Shown piece after piece: positions 8,922 to 18,908 of a stretch of 64,000 nucleotides of DNA; the first letter of the stretch is position 1, and the number at the start of each line of letters is the position of its first letter. The DNA comes from Bacillota bacterium. Lineage in GTDB: Bacteria > Bacillota > UBA994. Below the pieces are notes generated by a model. It did not search any database and had not been told where the DNA came from. It was given only the letters and a program-made list of their open reading frames with translations. The stretch lies in assembly GCA_009773495.1 (NCBI GenBank), contig WSXW01000002.1, positions 50,864 to 114,863 on the forward strand, read 5' to 3'. The translations under genes and the position numbers were made by a program.

Positions 8922-10025
8922 TTAACGAGCCCTCGAGGCACGTAGCTTGGCTATTTCCTGTTCGGGAAGGACACGTTTAACTATTAACGAGGGATCATCG
9001 AGGGTGTGCACTTCGATGGGGGTTGTTACAGGCTGTGTATCTTGGTCGTAAAGAAGCTTGACCCGCGGATACTGACAAAAACCACGTGGCGTATCAATTA
9101 CAATACCAATCCTTCCATCGGACAGCTCAATAATCGATCCTGTAGGATATGCTGCAATGTTCTCAAGAAATTTCTGAATTAGGGTTAGAGAGAAAGCTTG
9201 ATTGCCTGAGCCCGCAATTAATTCGACCGCTTCATGAATTGGATAAGCGGCACGATACACGCGATCAGATGTAACAGCATCAAATACATCACACACCGAG
9301 GCGATCTGTGCATTGTAGGAGATAGCGTCACCCTTTTTACCATTGGGATAGCCTGAACCATCATAGCGTTCGTGATGCTCGTGGGCTACATCTCTAGCGT
9401 GCGTCATGTCTCTCAGGATGCTATACCCTTCAGATGTATGTGTCTTGACAACGGAGAATTCGGTGTTTGTTAGCGGACCTGGCTTATACAGTATGTTGCG
9501 TGGCAACACACCCTTGCCGACGTCGTGTAGGATGGCCCCTACGCCCAAATGCACTAACTGTTTGTTGTTTAAGCCAGCGGAAATGCCAGTAATCAAAGAT
9601 AATACACACACGTTTACAGAATGTCCAAAGAGGTAATCGTCCTCAAGGCGTATATCGATGAGATTGACCATAAGGTCGGGCTGGGACATTAATTCAGAAA
9701 CAATCTGGTCTACATTTCGGGCAACCTCTTTAGTACGAAGCATGATACGGCTTGCCGGATTGGGTTGTTCAAGATCCGTAACAAGGTCCCGCACTCGAGA
9801 AATCGCATTCATACGTGTTACATCGGTGACAACATCATCAATCTGATAGCCATCTAGTAGACCATCATCGATGTATAGTGATGGTACCCCTAGCTGTCGC
9901 AACTGTTCAATATAGCGTCTGCTAAGGACTACGTTTTGTTGGATGAGAACGTACCCGGAGCTACCATAGATTGGCCGTGCTACTTTCATTCCAGGTTTAA
10001 GAGCCGCTACGGGAATCTTTCGCAT
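8922..10025 (-). CDS. HD-GYP domain phosphodiesterase (tandem paralogue)
   Basis: HSVNV, LHDVGK, HHERYDGSGYP; same architecture as the adjacent gene. Confidence 0.93.
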   Translation of the reverse strand: MRKIPVAALKPGMKVARPIYGSSGYVLIQQNVVLSRRYIEQLRQLGVPSLYIDDGLLDGYQIDDVVTDVTRMNAISRVRDLVTDLEQPNPASRIMLRTKEVARNVDQIVSELMSQPDLMVNLIDIRLEDDYLFGHSVNVCVLSLITGISAGLNNKQLVHLGVGAILHDVGKGVLPRNILYKPGPLTNTEFSVVKTHTSEGYSILRDMTHARDVAHEHHERYDGSGYPNGKKGDAISYNAQIASVCDVFDAVTSDRVYRAAYPIHEAVELIAGSGNQAFSLTLIQKFLENIAAYPTGSIIELSDGRIGIVIDTPRGFCQYPRVKLLYDQDTQPVTTPIEVHTLDDPSLIVKRVLPEQEIAKLRASRAR

Positions 10026-10198
10026 GTCGCTACATCTCCATTAACCGTATTTCCCATGTATAAATTCGCCGTCATCGTCGGAATTCCTTGTTATTTGACA
10101 AGACTCCAGAGAACACCTAATGTATACGAGAGTTTCCCTGTACAGTATAATTAGTATCAATTGACAGGGTGCGTATTATATTCAAGGGAGGCCTGTAT

Positions 10199-11332
10199 GT
10201 GATTAGTAGCGAAACTCATTTTCCATGTAGCACACCCCGCCAACCCCAAGGCAGAAAGTATCTCGGTGGGCGGATAAATCCTAACGAAATTCAACCTAAT
10301 CCCACGGTGGTAGACCTGATTGAAAACACCTTCCTTGCCTACAACGCTGGCAGAATAAGAGAAGCATGTCACCTGCTGGCCTGTAAGATTCTCATAGAAG
10401 ATGTAACAGTAGGCATGAGTCTAGCTGGAGCCTTAACGCCGGCGGGACTCGGGATTAGTGCCATTATTCCTCTCATAAAGGCGGGCTTTGTGGACTGGAT
10501 TGTTTCTACCGGGGCCAATCTTTACCATGACGCTCATTTCGGCATAGGTTTACCGCTCCACCAAGGGTCGCCCTTTTATGATGACGTCGCCTTGCACGAT
10601 GAAGGTTTAGTGCGGATTTATGATGTTGTTTTTGAGTACGATGTTTTGTTATCCACAGATACTTTCTTCCGTGAAATCATTTCTCTACCAGAGTTTCAAC
10701 GTACCATGAGCACGGCGGAGTTCCATCACCTCTGCGGCAAGTACATTGCAGAGCGAGAACGTGTGCTAGGAATCGGTACGCGTTCTATACTCTCCGCTGC
10801 CTATCAGGCCGATGTGCCAGTCTACACTTCTTCCCCAGGAGATAGCTCCATTGGTATGAATGTCGCAGCGAAGGCCATGTTAGGGAATAAGCTGCAGTTT
10901 GACGTTTCAGCCGATGTTAATGAAACTGCTGCCATAGTCTTTGACACCAAACGGAAGGGCGGCAGGAGCGCTGTGCTTATTTTTGGCGGTGGTAGCCCCA
11001 AGAACTTTATGATGCAAACGGAGCCACAGATTCAAGAAGTATTGGGCTTAGAGGAGGAGGGGCATGATTACTTCATTCAGGTGACGGATGCTCGTCCCGA
11101 TACAGGTGGGTTGTCGGGTGCGACGCCTGCAGAGGCTGTCAGCTGGGGGAAAATCGATCCCACACAATTGTCGGACACAGTGGTGGTTTATTCCGACACC
11201 ACTATTGCGATGCCGCTCATGGCATCGTATGCGCTCAGCATAGTTCAGCCTCGTCAGCATTCGCGGCTTTTCAAACGGCGAGCAGAACTGATGGCTAATC
11301 TGCGCCGCGCTGCGTACGGAGAGAAGAAGTAA
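10199..11332 (+). CDS. Deoxyhypusine synthase-like protein (SpeY-type, probable homospermidine biosynthesis)
   Basis: [45 protein letters not shown]; GTG start after GGGAGG. Confidence 0.88.
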   Translation: MISSETHFPCSTPRQPQGRKYLGGRINPNEIQPNPTVVDLIENTFLAYNAGRIREACHLLACKILIEDVTVGMSLAGALTPAGLGISAIIPLIKAGFVDWIVSTGANLYHDAHFGIGLPLHQGSPFYDDVALHDEGLVRIYDVVFEYDVLLSTDTFFREIISLPEFQRTMSTAEFHHLCGKYIAERERVLGIGTRSILSAAYQADVPVYTSSPGDSSIGMNVAAKAMLGNKLQFDVSADVNETAAIVFDTKRKGGRSAVLIFGGGSPKNFMMQTEPQIQEVLGLEEEGHDYFIQVTDARPDTGGLSGATPAEAVSWGKIDPTQLSDTVVVYSDTTIAMPLMASYALSIVQPRQHSRLFKRRAELMANLRRAAYGEKK

Positions 11333-11401
11333 CACAAAGTGGGTGGGTCACCGTTGTGAACCACTCACTTTTCTGCGCACGGATTTCATTGCATCCGACG
11401 T

Positions 11402-12703
11402 TTAATTGCCGACCGTTATAGTAGGCCATACAGGACTTATATTTTGAGTTTGAATAGCTAAAAAAATAGACTCCATGGCTATGCCGCTCACCATACATAT
11501 TCCTGCTAATAGTCCGCCTACGTGCGGGGCGAATCGAGCTATAAGTAAAGACGTGATCAATATCGTCACAACATTTACAGCCTTCCCTGCGGTAAGGTAC
11601 TTTGTTTGACCAGCAATTATTAGCAATCCAGCGCAGTACTCTGATATGCAAGTGAGAATAGGCATTAGTGAGAGGAGAGCGATAGCGCGTAGTGCCTGAA
11701 CGGCAAGCTCCGGGGGTACACCTATCATGCGTGTTAGCGCCATTGTACCCAAGGGGGTTACGGATACTATAAAGAGAATAACGGTACCGAGGGACCCCAT
11801 TAACAGCGAAAACTTAAGAACTGAAATACGGTGTTCAGCCTCGCGAGCAAAAACAATTACTAATTGATGGACGTTAAAAGCAACCGCCACAAAAATGTAA
11901 CTAAAGCTCCATGCTATCTGGTACGAGGCTAGCGCTAAGGAGGGGTCTGCGGTACGAGCAAGTCCTGCATTAATAACTGGACGGATAAAGGTATTAGTAA
12001 CGGAAGCGAGAGCAAGGGGTAGAAAAAAAACCATGGCCTGGGTCGTAGTTATTGCTTCTCCATCGGACTCAGGCAATTCCTTGCCAATATTGCGCCCCGT
12101 AATATAGGCCATCAGGCCTTCCGTGCCAATGCCAGCGCCTAGGATGAGTGCCCCCACAGCTCCGCCGGTGAGGGTAAGGTGCTGCAACACGGTAGCTAGT
12201 ACAAGCATTACTCCTAGTCTAAACAACATATTCGTGGTTAGTTGAGCGGTGCGTTTATGAACTATCAGTAGCCCCTGGTAGAAGGATCTAGAGGCAGAAA
12301 AAGCGGGTAAGACCATGAACACACGGAAGCTGCGCACAGTATCGGGGTAGAGTTCGGGGGGCACCCTCAGAATATCAAGAAATGCTATTCTGCTTAAAGG
12401 CGTAAACGCAAGGGCTAGCATTAATGTAGTTAGGCACGCCCATACGATAAGAGAGGCCTGTTTTACGGCATAATAGGAGCCCTTATCCTTAAAAAGTGCG
12501 ACGCACATGCGCTGTATTGTATAGCATGGCGATTCAAACATGACAGCTAAACTTTGAGCGACTGCAAAAGCCGCTAGAGCTGCTGCAGCATCAGGCGTCC
12601 GAGCTAAACCAGAATTTACAATGGAATGTGAGGCCATCATCAAAATAGATGTTGCAGCTAAGGGTAGGTAGAACTTGGCCATGTCAATTTGCCTGCTTGT
12701 CAT
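11402..12703 (-). CDS. MATE/MOP-superfamily (ANKH-like) membrane transporter
   Basis: Two-fold internal repeat (FYLPLA..NSGLART / FFLPLA..NAGLART); about 12 TM segments. Confidence 0.75.
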   Translation of the reverse strand: MTSRQIDMAKFYLPLAATSILMMASHSIVNSGLARTPDAAAALAAFAVAQSLAVMFESPCYTIQRMCVALFKDKGSYYAVKQASLIVWACLTTLMLALAFTPLSRIAFLDILRVPPELYPDTVRSFRVFMVLPAFSASRSFYQGLLIVHKRTAQLTTNMLFRLGVMLVLATVLQHLTLTGGAVGALILGAGIGTEGLMAYITGRNIGKELPESDGEAITTTQAMVFFLPLALASVTNTFIRPVINAGLARTADPSLALASYQIAWSFSYIFVAVAFNVHQLVIVFAREAEHRISVLKFSLLMGSLGTVILFIVSVTPLGTMALTRMIGVPPELAVQALRAIALLSLMPILTCISEYCAGLLIIAGQTKYLTAGKAVNVVTILITSLLIARFAPHVGGLLAGICMVSGIAMESIFLAIQTQNISPVWPTITVGN

Positions 12704-12823
12704 TGCGCTCACCTCAAGATGAATATATCATCACTGGGGTACTTTCGTCATGCTAAACTTTCGATAGCAAAGGCGAGGAGGGGCCTTAGCCCCTCCAAAA
12801 ATGTAACGTAAAGATTTTTCGTG

Positions 12824-13039
12824 TTAGAGAACGGTAGTGCCATTTAGCAGCAAGCAGTAGCGATCTAATTGACGCATAAGGTATCTGTGATTGTGGTGAG
12901 CGTAATGGGCTAGGAGCAACATGGTGTCGCGAACATCAGCGTTGGGAGCTTGACGGGCTAGGGCCCGGAAGCCAAGCATGGCACTCCTTTGATTGATGAT
13001 CCCTCTACGGACGAGGCGGCAATATTCTGCACGTGTCAT
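12824..13039 (-). CDS. Small ferritin-like helical-hairpin protein with degenerate metal ligands
   Basis: RBS GGAAGGGGG; pattern GIINQRSA..F..LA..AP...VRD matches half of a ferritin-like bundle. Confidence 0.55.
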   Translation of the reverse strand: MTRAEYCRLVRRGIINQRSAMLGFRALARQAPNADVRDTMLLLAHYAHHNHRYLMRQLDRYCLLLNGTTVL

Positions 13040-13257
13040 TGTAAATCCCCCCTTCCGTTAACACATTACGTGCTCGCAAGGAAAAGGGTAACTCTTGGTA
13101 CTAGCTCCGGCAATATTTTTCTTTTAAATAGAATTATCTTCCCATCGCCATCGGCAACGCTAACTCTTCCATGCTAAAAAAAGGCAATATAGCCTCAGAC
13201 ATCACGCTACTTCAAGCGTTAGAGTATATGGGAACCGGCCGAGAGAGTGGGTGCTTA

Positions 13258-13806
13258 ATGCAAGACCGTGAGTTGGTGGCGCTTTGTCACCGAGGGAAGA
13301 CTGCAGAATATGGGATTCTCGTGGAGCGGTACCAACGCTTAGTATTCAGCATCGCCTATCAATTGTTGCGCAGCCGGGAAGAGGCTGAGGATGCAGCACA
13401 AGAGGCCTTTGTGAAGGTGTATTCACGAATAATTTCTACGGCCGACGTGGATTTCCTGCCGTACATCCGAACCACAGTGACGAACTTGTGTCTTGATCGT
13501 CTCAGGAGACAAAAAACGGCGGCGCGCCATCTGGCAGCTATTAAGGAAGAGGACTTGACCGAACATAGCACCCCTGAGACTAGCATGATGCGCAGTCTAG
13601 CGCAGCAATTGTTGCAAGAAGCCGTAGAGAGATTGCCAGACATGTATAGAGAAATTCTTGTTATGCACTATGTTGCGGGTCATAGCTACGAAGCCATAGC
13701 ACAGATTATTGACCAGCCTATGTCAATCGTAAAGAACCGCATCTTCCGCGGCAAAAATATTCTGCGTGAGATTTATCTGCAAATAGAAGGGGGTGTTAAA
13801 GGTTGA
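13258..13806 (+). CDS. ECF RNA polymerase sigma factor (SigW-like)
   Basis: Region 2 AEDAAQEAFVK..N.CLD.LR; region 4 LPD.YREIL...SYEAIA...VKNRIFRG. Confidence 0.93.
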   Translation: MQDRELVALCHRGKTAEYGILVERYQRLVFSIAYQLLRSREEAEDAAQEAFVKVYSRIISTADVDFLPYIRTTVTNLCLDRLRRQKTAARHLAAIKEEDLTEHSTPETSMMRSLAQQLLQEAVERLPDMYREILVMHYVAGHSYEAIAQIIDQPMSIVKNRIFRGKNILREIYLQIEGGVKG

Positions 13807-14312
13807 AGTGCAACGATGTAAATGGTCTGCTTGAGGATTATCTGTCTGGCCGGCTAGCACAGAGCACTGCTAGTCACATAGAGGGTCATCTGGCTAGTTG
13901 CTCACATTGTTCGCAGCTATTATTAGTCGAGGATCAGGAACTAGACAATCTTTTATACTCCTCATGGCATTTAACCTCGCCATCTGCTGGTTTTACGGAT
14001 AAAGTCATGCAACAAGTTGGGAGCGAAAAGAGGGTATCCTGGCTTTGGTTGGTAGTTATGGGGTTAGGCTATATGTCGCTGTGGGCGTTAGCGGTTGCAT
14101 CGATTATAGTGTGCAGACATTTTAACTGGGTAATGGAACTGGCTAGTCATATGGTAAGTTTAATGCGCTCAATGGCACATGTGCTTCGCGTAATTGCAGA
14201 AGCCGTGGGACACTACAATATTAGCACAATAGGCCTAGTCTTTATCTTTGGTTCGGCTACTGTAATTTTCCTGGGAATTGGTTTTATAAGTAAGGGGGAC
14301 TTTGCAAAATGA
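13803..14312 (+). CDS. Zinc-binding anti-sigma factor (zf-HC2) with TM segments
   Basis: HLASCSHC (Hx3Cx2C) motif; overlaps the sigma gene. Confidence 0.88.
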   Translation: MKCNDVNGLLEDYLSGRLAQSTASHIEGHLASCSHCSQLLLVEDQELDNLLYSSWHLTSPSAGFTDKVMQQVGSEKRVSWLWLVVMGLGYMSLWALAVASIIVCRHFNWVMELASHMVSLMRSMAHVLRVIAEAVGHYNISTIGLVFIFGSATVIFLGIGFISKGDFAK

Positions 14313-15139
14313 AAAAAATAATAATTCTGTTGGCATTGATAATAATGGTGTTTCCATCGTTTGCTGGGGCGGCGTCTCAGGACGATATCGTGATGATGGG
14401 TCAGGACGCACATGTTGCCGCAGGAAATGTGCTTTCCGGCAGTGTAGTAGTCATTGGGGCCGATGCCGTAATTGAAGGCCATGTGCGGGATAGCGTTGTC
14501 GTTATATTTGGCAATATTCGTCTGGAGTCAAATGCTATTGTGGATGGTAGCGTAGTGTCGGTAGGCGGGTCACTCGATCGCAAAGAGGGCGCACAAGTAG
14601 GTGGCGAGCAAGTGAGCCTAGGACTCGGCGACATAAACATCGGTCACCTACCACGTTTCAATATGTCATATGGGTTCTTTTCTCCTATTGCTTCCCTGTG
14701 GAAGGTTCTATCCATAGTGTTCCTCGGTTGGGTCATATTCTGGTTGATTCCTGCCCCAATTCTAAAGATTGCTGGGGCAGCTCAAGGAGAACCTCTCAAG
14801 GCCGTGTTATTCGGACTGCTTGGCTATCTAGCAGTTATACCAGTAAGCATAATGTTGTTAATCACACTTGTCGGTATACCCTTAATTCCCTTTTTCTGGT
14901 TAGCCCTTCTGGTAGGTCGTTTTATGGGGCAGGTGGCGCTTGGACTGTTGGCCGGCAGATACTTGGCTCAAAAGCTTAACCGCGAGATGACAGATTCCTT
15001 GGTAGTAGCCATGGGCTTGCTGGTGTTAGGTTTAGTTACCATAATCCCAGTAGTAGGCGGATTAGTATCACTGTTCTATAGTTTACTCGGCTTCGGGGCT
15101 ACACTCTGGACTAAATTTGGCCGCGTAGCTGCCGCATAG
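14309..15139 (+). CDS. Membrane protein with N-terminal bactofilin-like beta-helix repeats
   Basis: Signal peptide; repeats VLSGSVVVIG / VRDSVVVIFG / VDGSVVSVGG; several C-terminal TM helices. Confidence 0.7.
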   Translation: MKKIIILLALIIMVFPSFAGAASQDDIVMMGQDAHVAAGNVLSGSVVVIGADAVIEGHVRDSVVVIFGNIRLESNAIVDGSVVSVGGSLDRKEGAQVGGEQVSLGLGDINIGHLPRFNMSYGFFSPIASLWKVLSIVFLGWVIFWLIPAPILKIAGAAQGEPLKAVLFGLLGYLAVIPVSIMLLITLVGIPLIPFFWLALLVGRFMGQVALGLLAGRYLAQKLNREMTDSLVVAMGLLVLGLVTIIPVVGGLVSLFYSLLGFGATLWTKFGRVAAA

Positions 15140-15150
15140 GAGGTCCATAC

Positions 15151-15972
15151 ATGTCAAAATTGCTCAAAGCTTTCTTAGTAGTAGCATTACTATGGGTATT
15201 AGTCGTAGGTGCCGGATACTTCGCGTGGGGTCATTTCCAATCTTTTGTGCCTCGCCTGCTGCAGATAAATGAACGCGCAGAGGGTACAGAAACCATCACC
15301 CGCGTGGCCTCCGATATTACTAACATCAGTGTAGATACAAGGAATGGTTCGGTCACAGTCGTAGCCACAGAGGGTGCAGATATTGTGATCAATGTATTCT
15401 ACACCGCCCAAGGCAATTCCGTAGCCAATGCCAATGATAGATTGAAGGCGCTCCGAACTGAAGTTTCTACCACTGGTACCACAATGAGTGTAGAAGGCAT
15501 ATATCCTTCAACAACGATTAATAATCAGTCTATCCGTTATGAAATTGCCATACCAAAAAGTCTGAACCTAAAGATAAGAACAAGCAACGGCAGAATCAAC
15601 GTAGAGGAAATTGTCGGCAAGGTAGACCTGTATACCAGTAACGGCACTATCGACGTCGTATCTCAGGTTGGTCCAGAGGAACTCCTGGTCTACACTTCTA
15701 ACGGCAAAATCAATGTTGCTGCTGCCCCAACTGGTGGAACATACAACTTGCGTACATCTAATGGCACTGTCACAGTAAGTCTTCCCGAGGATCTAGGCGT
15801 AAGTTTTAAAGCCACTACTAGCAACGGCTCTATCGACCTAGGTTATGGTCAGTGGTCTTTCGTAGGGGGGCAGCTAACCAACAAGAATGTCACTGCCCAA
15901 TTAGGTGACGGCAGCCTAGACCTCGACATTCAAACCTCAAACGGGAGTATAAAACTAACGAAGAGGGAGTAG
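15151..15972 (+). CDS. DUF4097 family beta-strand repeat protein
   Basis: Repeated TSNG motif; N-terminal TM anchor; typical of ECF envelope-stress operons. Confidence 0.85.
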   Translation: MSKLLKAFLVVALLWVLVVGAGYFAWGHFQSFVPRLLQINERAEGTETITRVASDITNISVDTRNGSVTVVATEGADIVINVFYTAQGNSVANANDRLKALRTEVSTTGTTMSVEGIYPSTTINNQSIRYEIAIPKSLNLKIRTSNGRINVEEIVGKVDLYTSNGTIDVVSQVGPEELLVYTSNGKINVAAAPTGGTYNLRTSNGTVTVSLPEDLGVSFKATTSNGSIDLGYGQWSFVGGQLTNKNVTAQLGDGSLDLDIQTSNGSIKLTKRE

Positions 15973-16010
15973 TCAACGTTAACTCACTCAGAAAATAGGT
16001 AAGGATTCTT

Positions 16011-16048
16011 GTGAAGCTGTCAGTATTTTTCGGCAGCTTTACTTTTTT
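16011..16048 (+). terminator. Intrinsic terminator of the ECF operon
   Basis: GTGAAGCTGTC...GGCAGCTTTAC followed by TTTTTT. Confidence 0.7.
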
Positions 16049-16119
16049 GTTACTTAAGCAGGAAAACACTCTGTCCGATGGTAATTATGAAAGTACAATA
16101 GTCCGAGGAGGCAGACATA

Positions 16120-17115
16120 GTGAGAGCGCTTTTCATCATATGTATGACAGTCTTAGTGGTCTTGCTCCCCATTCGTAGCTCTATCGGCTATGCCCCGAGT
16201 GCAGTTTCAGCCGCGGTAGGGGAGCCTTTCATTACGGCGAAGGAGATTAGAATAGGGGCAGATAAGTTCTACACTGTCGACTCACTCTTTCAAGACTTGC
16301 GGAAGTTAACAGCGCAGTACCCTGAGCTAAAGGTCGAACAGGTGGGGAAATCTTATTGGGGTGACCCACTGTACGCATTGGTTATGGGGCAAGGCGACAA
16401 GACGTTGATGGTTACGGCTGGTATGCATGGTTGGGAATCGGTAGGTAGTTACTTGAGTATGAGGGAAGTGGCAGAGTTACTGCAAAGTCACGCTCAGGGA
16501 GTTCCATCGGCATCCCTCGCCTTGGACGAGTACCGCATTGTAGTGCTACCACTTATTAATCCTGATGGGGTGAGGATTGCTCAGGGGGAACGCCACCCAC
16601 TGGTGGGTAATTATACCGCAGAACAGTTGCGGGGTTGGAAAGCCAACGCTTGGGGTGTAGATATTAATCGTAATTTTCCACACGGCTACTATAAGATGGC
16701 TAATTTCTTGCCGACAACTCCCGGCCCAAGCTTTTATCCTGGCACTGCGCCAGCCAGTGAAAAAGAGACGCAAGCTGTATTGATAGCCCTAGAGACATAT
16801 AAGCCAGATATGTTAGTTGATCTCCACTCTTCAGGCAATATTGTTTTTTGGCACTACAATCAGGAACAAACCCTCGTTCCTAATCGTCAATTAGCTTATG
16901 CGGTGGGCAAGGTCTTCGGCTATGGGATATCCCACAACCTGCAACAGGCAATAGGCGCACACCTTAAGGACCATTTTATTGGTACCTACGACAAACCAGC
17001 CTTCATTGTCGAAATTGGCTCATTCGACAATCGTTACCAAATTCATAAGGAGTTTAATGACTTGTACCGACGTTTCAATAACTTCCTAGTCAAACTAGCC
17101 CATCTAATTCCTTAA
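16120..17115 (+). CDS. M14 zinc carboxypeptidase (gamma-D-Glu-mDAP peptidase-like), secreted
   Basis: HGWE zinc motif, NPDG, WKANAWGVDINRNF, SEKET, DLHS; signal peptide. Confidence 0.88.
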   Translation: MRALFIICMTVLVVLLPIRSSIGYAPSAVSAAVGEPFITAKEIRIGADKFYTVDSLFQDLRKLTAQYPELKVEQVGKSYWGDPLYALVMGQGDKTLMVTAGMHGWESVGSYLSMREVAELLQSHAQGVPSASLALDEYRIVVLPLINPDGVRIAQGERHPLVGNYTAEQLRGWKANAWGVDINRNFPHGYYKMANFLPTTPGPSFYPGTAPASEKETQAVLIALETYKPDMLVDLHSSGNIVFWHYNQEQTLVPNRQLAYAVGKVFGYGISHNLQQAIGAHLKDHFIGTYDKPAFIVEIGSFDNRYQIHKEFNDLYRRFNNFLVKLAHLIP

Positions 17116-17190
17116 CAATAATTACCACTAGAGCGGCCGTAAGAGCTAGTGTTACAATGAGTTGTGAATTATCTAGAACGGAGGTGGCCA

Positions 17191-18651
17191 ATGCTAAGAC
17201 GCGTAGCTTTGTGGCTGGTGATCATGATGTTGACGATTTCTGTGTCTGCAGTATGGGCAGCCACTCCCGGAGTTGTGGATGTTAATGCTCTTAATTTGCG
17301 CAGTGGTCCCGGACATGGGTATAAGATTATTAGTACTATGTCGCGGAGCACACCACTAGTAATTATGTCTGAGTCAGGTGAATGGAAACAGGTCATGGCG
17401 TCGAGTGGCCTAATAGGCTGGGTTTTTGGACAGTACATAGTTGCTGACCAATCTTTTCAGGCTGGAAACCATAATGTAGTAGTGAGAGCTAGCCGTTTAA
17501 ACGTCCGTCAAGGTCCCGGAACAACATACCCTGTGGTCACTACATTAGTTCAAGATCAGTTAACACAGGTCACCGGAAAAATTGGCGAGTGGTTTCAGGT
17601 CAGAGTAAGCGGAAAAACTGGTTTCATCCATCAGGAATGGGTGACTCCCGTTACTGAGGAAAACCCAGTACAGGGATCTGTCAGCGTTCCACTTGCTAGG
17701 GTACTGGTCAGCGTACTGAATATGCGTGGTGGTAAGGGGACTGAATTCCCCGTAGTAACAAAACTGAATTTAGGCATGTTAGTGGCGGTTTTGGAAGAGG
17801 GAACTTGGTCTAAAATAATGTTAGAGAATGGCGTTATTGGATACGTTCTGTCAGAGTATGTTGAAAATGTGGGCGGACAAGCCCTAGCTAGAATTAGTGC
17901 TAACATGGTTAATGAGCGCAGTGGCCCCGATACTACGTTTTCAATCCTAGCGACTCATCCTGCCGGGAAGACGCTGGCGTTTAGTGGTTGGGACGGCAGC
18001 TGGGTAAAGGTTTCGTCTACATCCGGCACAGGATATATCTTAGGAAATCTACTGTCGTTTGCATTTACCACGGCCCCTATCGACTTTACACTGCCCCCAG
18101 CTATAGGGATTCAAGGGTTTGTAGTCGCAGTAGATGCAGGACATGGCGGGCCAGATCCCGGCGCTATTGGAGTCAATGGCTTGCGTGAGAAGAATATAAA
18201 CTTCACCATGGCATTGAAGCTTCGAGCCCTACTCGTAGCTGCCGGAGCTGAAGTTGTCATGACTCGCGTGGGCGATTATACTCTATCTATAGATGAGCGT
18301 ATTGGAATTGCCCATAACGCTGGTGCCGATCTTTTTGTAAGCATCCATAATAATGCGCATCCTAGTTCCGCGGTCTCCGGCACTCAGACCTTCTATGGCG
18401 TGACTCTAGGTAGCTTTAATTTGGGGCACCAAGTGCATCGTCGGCTGGTGGGTTTAGGAATGGAGGACAAAGGATTACTAAACGCTAACTTTGGAGTTTT
18501 GGTACGGACCAAAATCCCAGCGATTCTTACCGAGACAGGATTCCTCAGCAATCCTGATGATGCCGCCCTTTTGGCTCAGGAGACATTCATAAACCATGCA
18601 GTGCAGGCGCACTTCGAGGGCATACACGAATGGCTGGCAACTAAAAGGTAA
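17191..18651 (+). CDS. N-acetylmuramoyl-L-alanine amidase with four SH3b domains
   Basis: LNLRSGPG-type repeats x4; Amidase_3 motifs DAGHGG.DPGA, EK, SIHNN, ETGF. Confidence 0.93.
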   Translation: MLRRVALWLVIMMLTISVSAVWAATPGVVDVNALNLRSGPGHGYKIISTMSRSTPLVIMSESGEWKQVMASSGLIGWVFGQYIVADQSFQAGNHNVVVRASRLNVRQGPGTTYPVVTTLVQDQLTQVTGKIGEWFQVRVSGKTGFIHQEWVTPVTEENPVQGSVSVPLARVLVSVLNMRGGKGTEFPVVTKLNLGMLVAVLEEGTWSKIMLENGVIGYVLSEYVENVGGQALARISANMVNERSGPDTTFSILATHPAGKTLAFSGWDGSWVKVSSTSGTGYILGNLLSFAFTTAPIDFTLPPAIGIQGFVVAVDAGHGGPDPGAIGVNGLREKNINFTMALKLRALLVAAGAEVVMTRVGDYTLSIDERIGIAHNAGADLFVSIHNNAHPSSAVSGTQTFYGVTLGSFNLGHQVHRRLVGLGMEDKGLLNANFGVLVRTKIPAILTETGFLSNPDDAALLAQETFINHAVQAHFEGIHEWLATKR

Positions 18652-18684
18652 AAAAGAAGGCTGACACTAGTCAGCCTTCTTTTT
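18651..18684. terminator. Bidirectional intrinsic terminator
   Basis: AAAAAGAAGGCTGAC-acta-GTCAGCCTTCTTTTT. Confidence 0.85.
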
Positions 18685-18762
18685 GGATGTATTTAATGCG
18701 CTTTTGACCTTCTTTTCAAAAGGCGTACCGATACTAAGAATCTTTTTACACTTTGCTCCCAT
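18667..18762 (-). CDS. Putative 31-aa Lys-rich peptide MGAKCKKILSIGTPFEKKVKSALNTSKKKAD
   Basis: Perfect RBS AAGGAGGTGA 5 nt before ATG; below the ORF-track size cutoff. Confidence 0.55.
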   Translation of the reverse strand: MGAKCKKILSIGTPFEKKVKSALNTSKKKAD

Positions 18763-18908
18763 GTATGTCACCTCCTTATAGAGTATATCATGGGGAGGAG
18801 GTCTGCGATACAAATATGAAAGCCTGTCTGCTATACTGGGTGAAGAAAGTAGCGAGAAAAAGTCTATGGTGAGAAGTGCCGGAATTGAACAGATGGAGGG
18901 TGAGAAGC

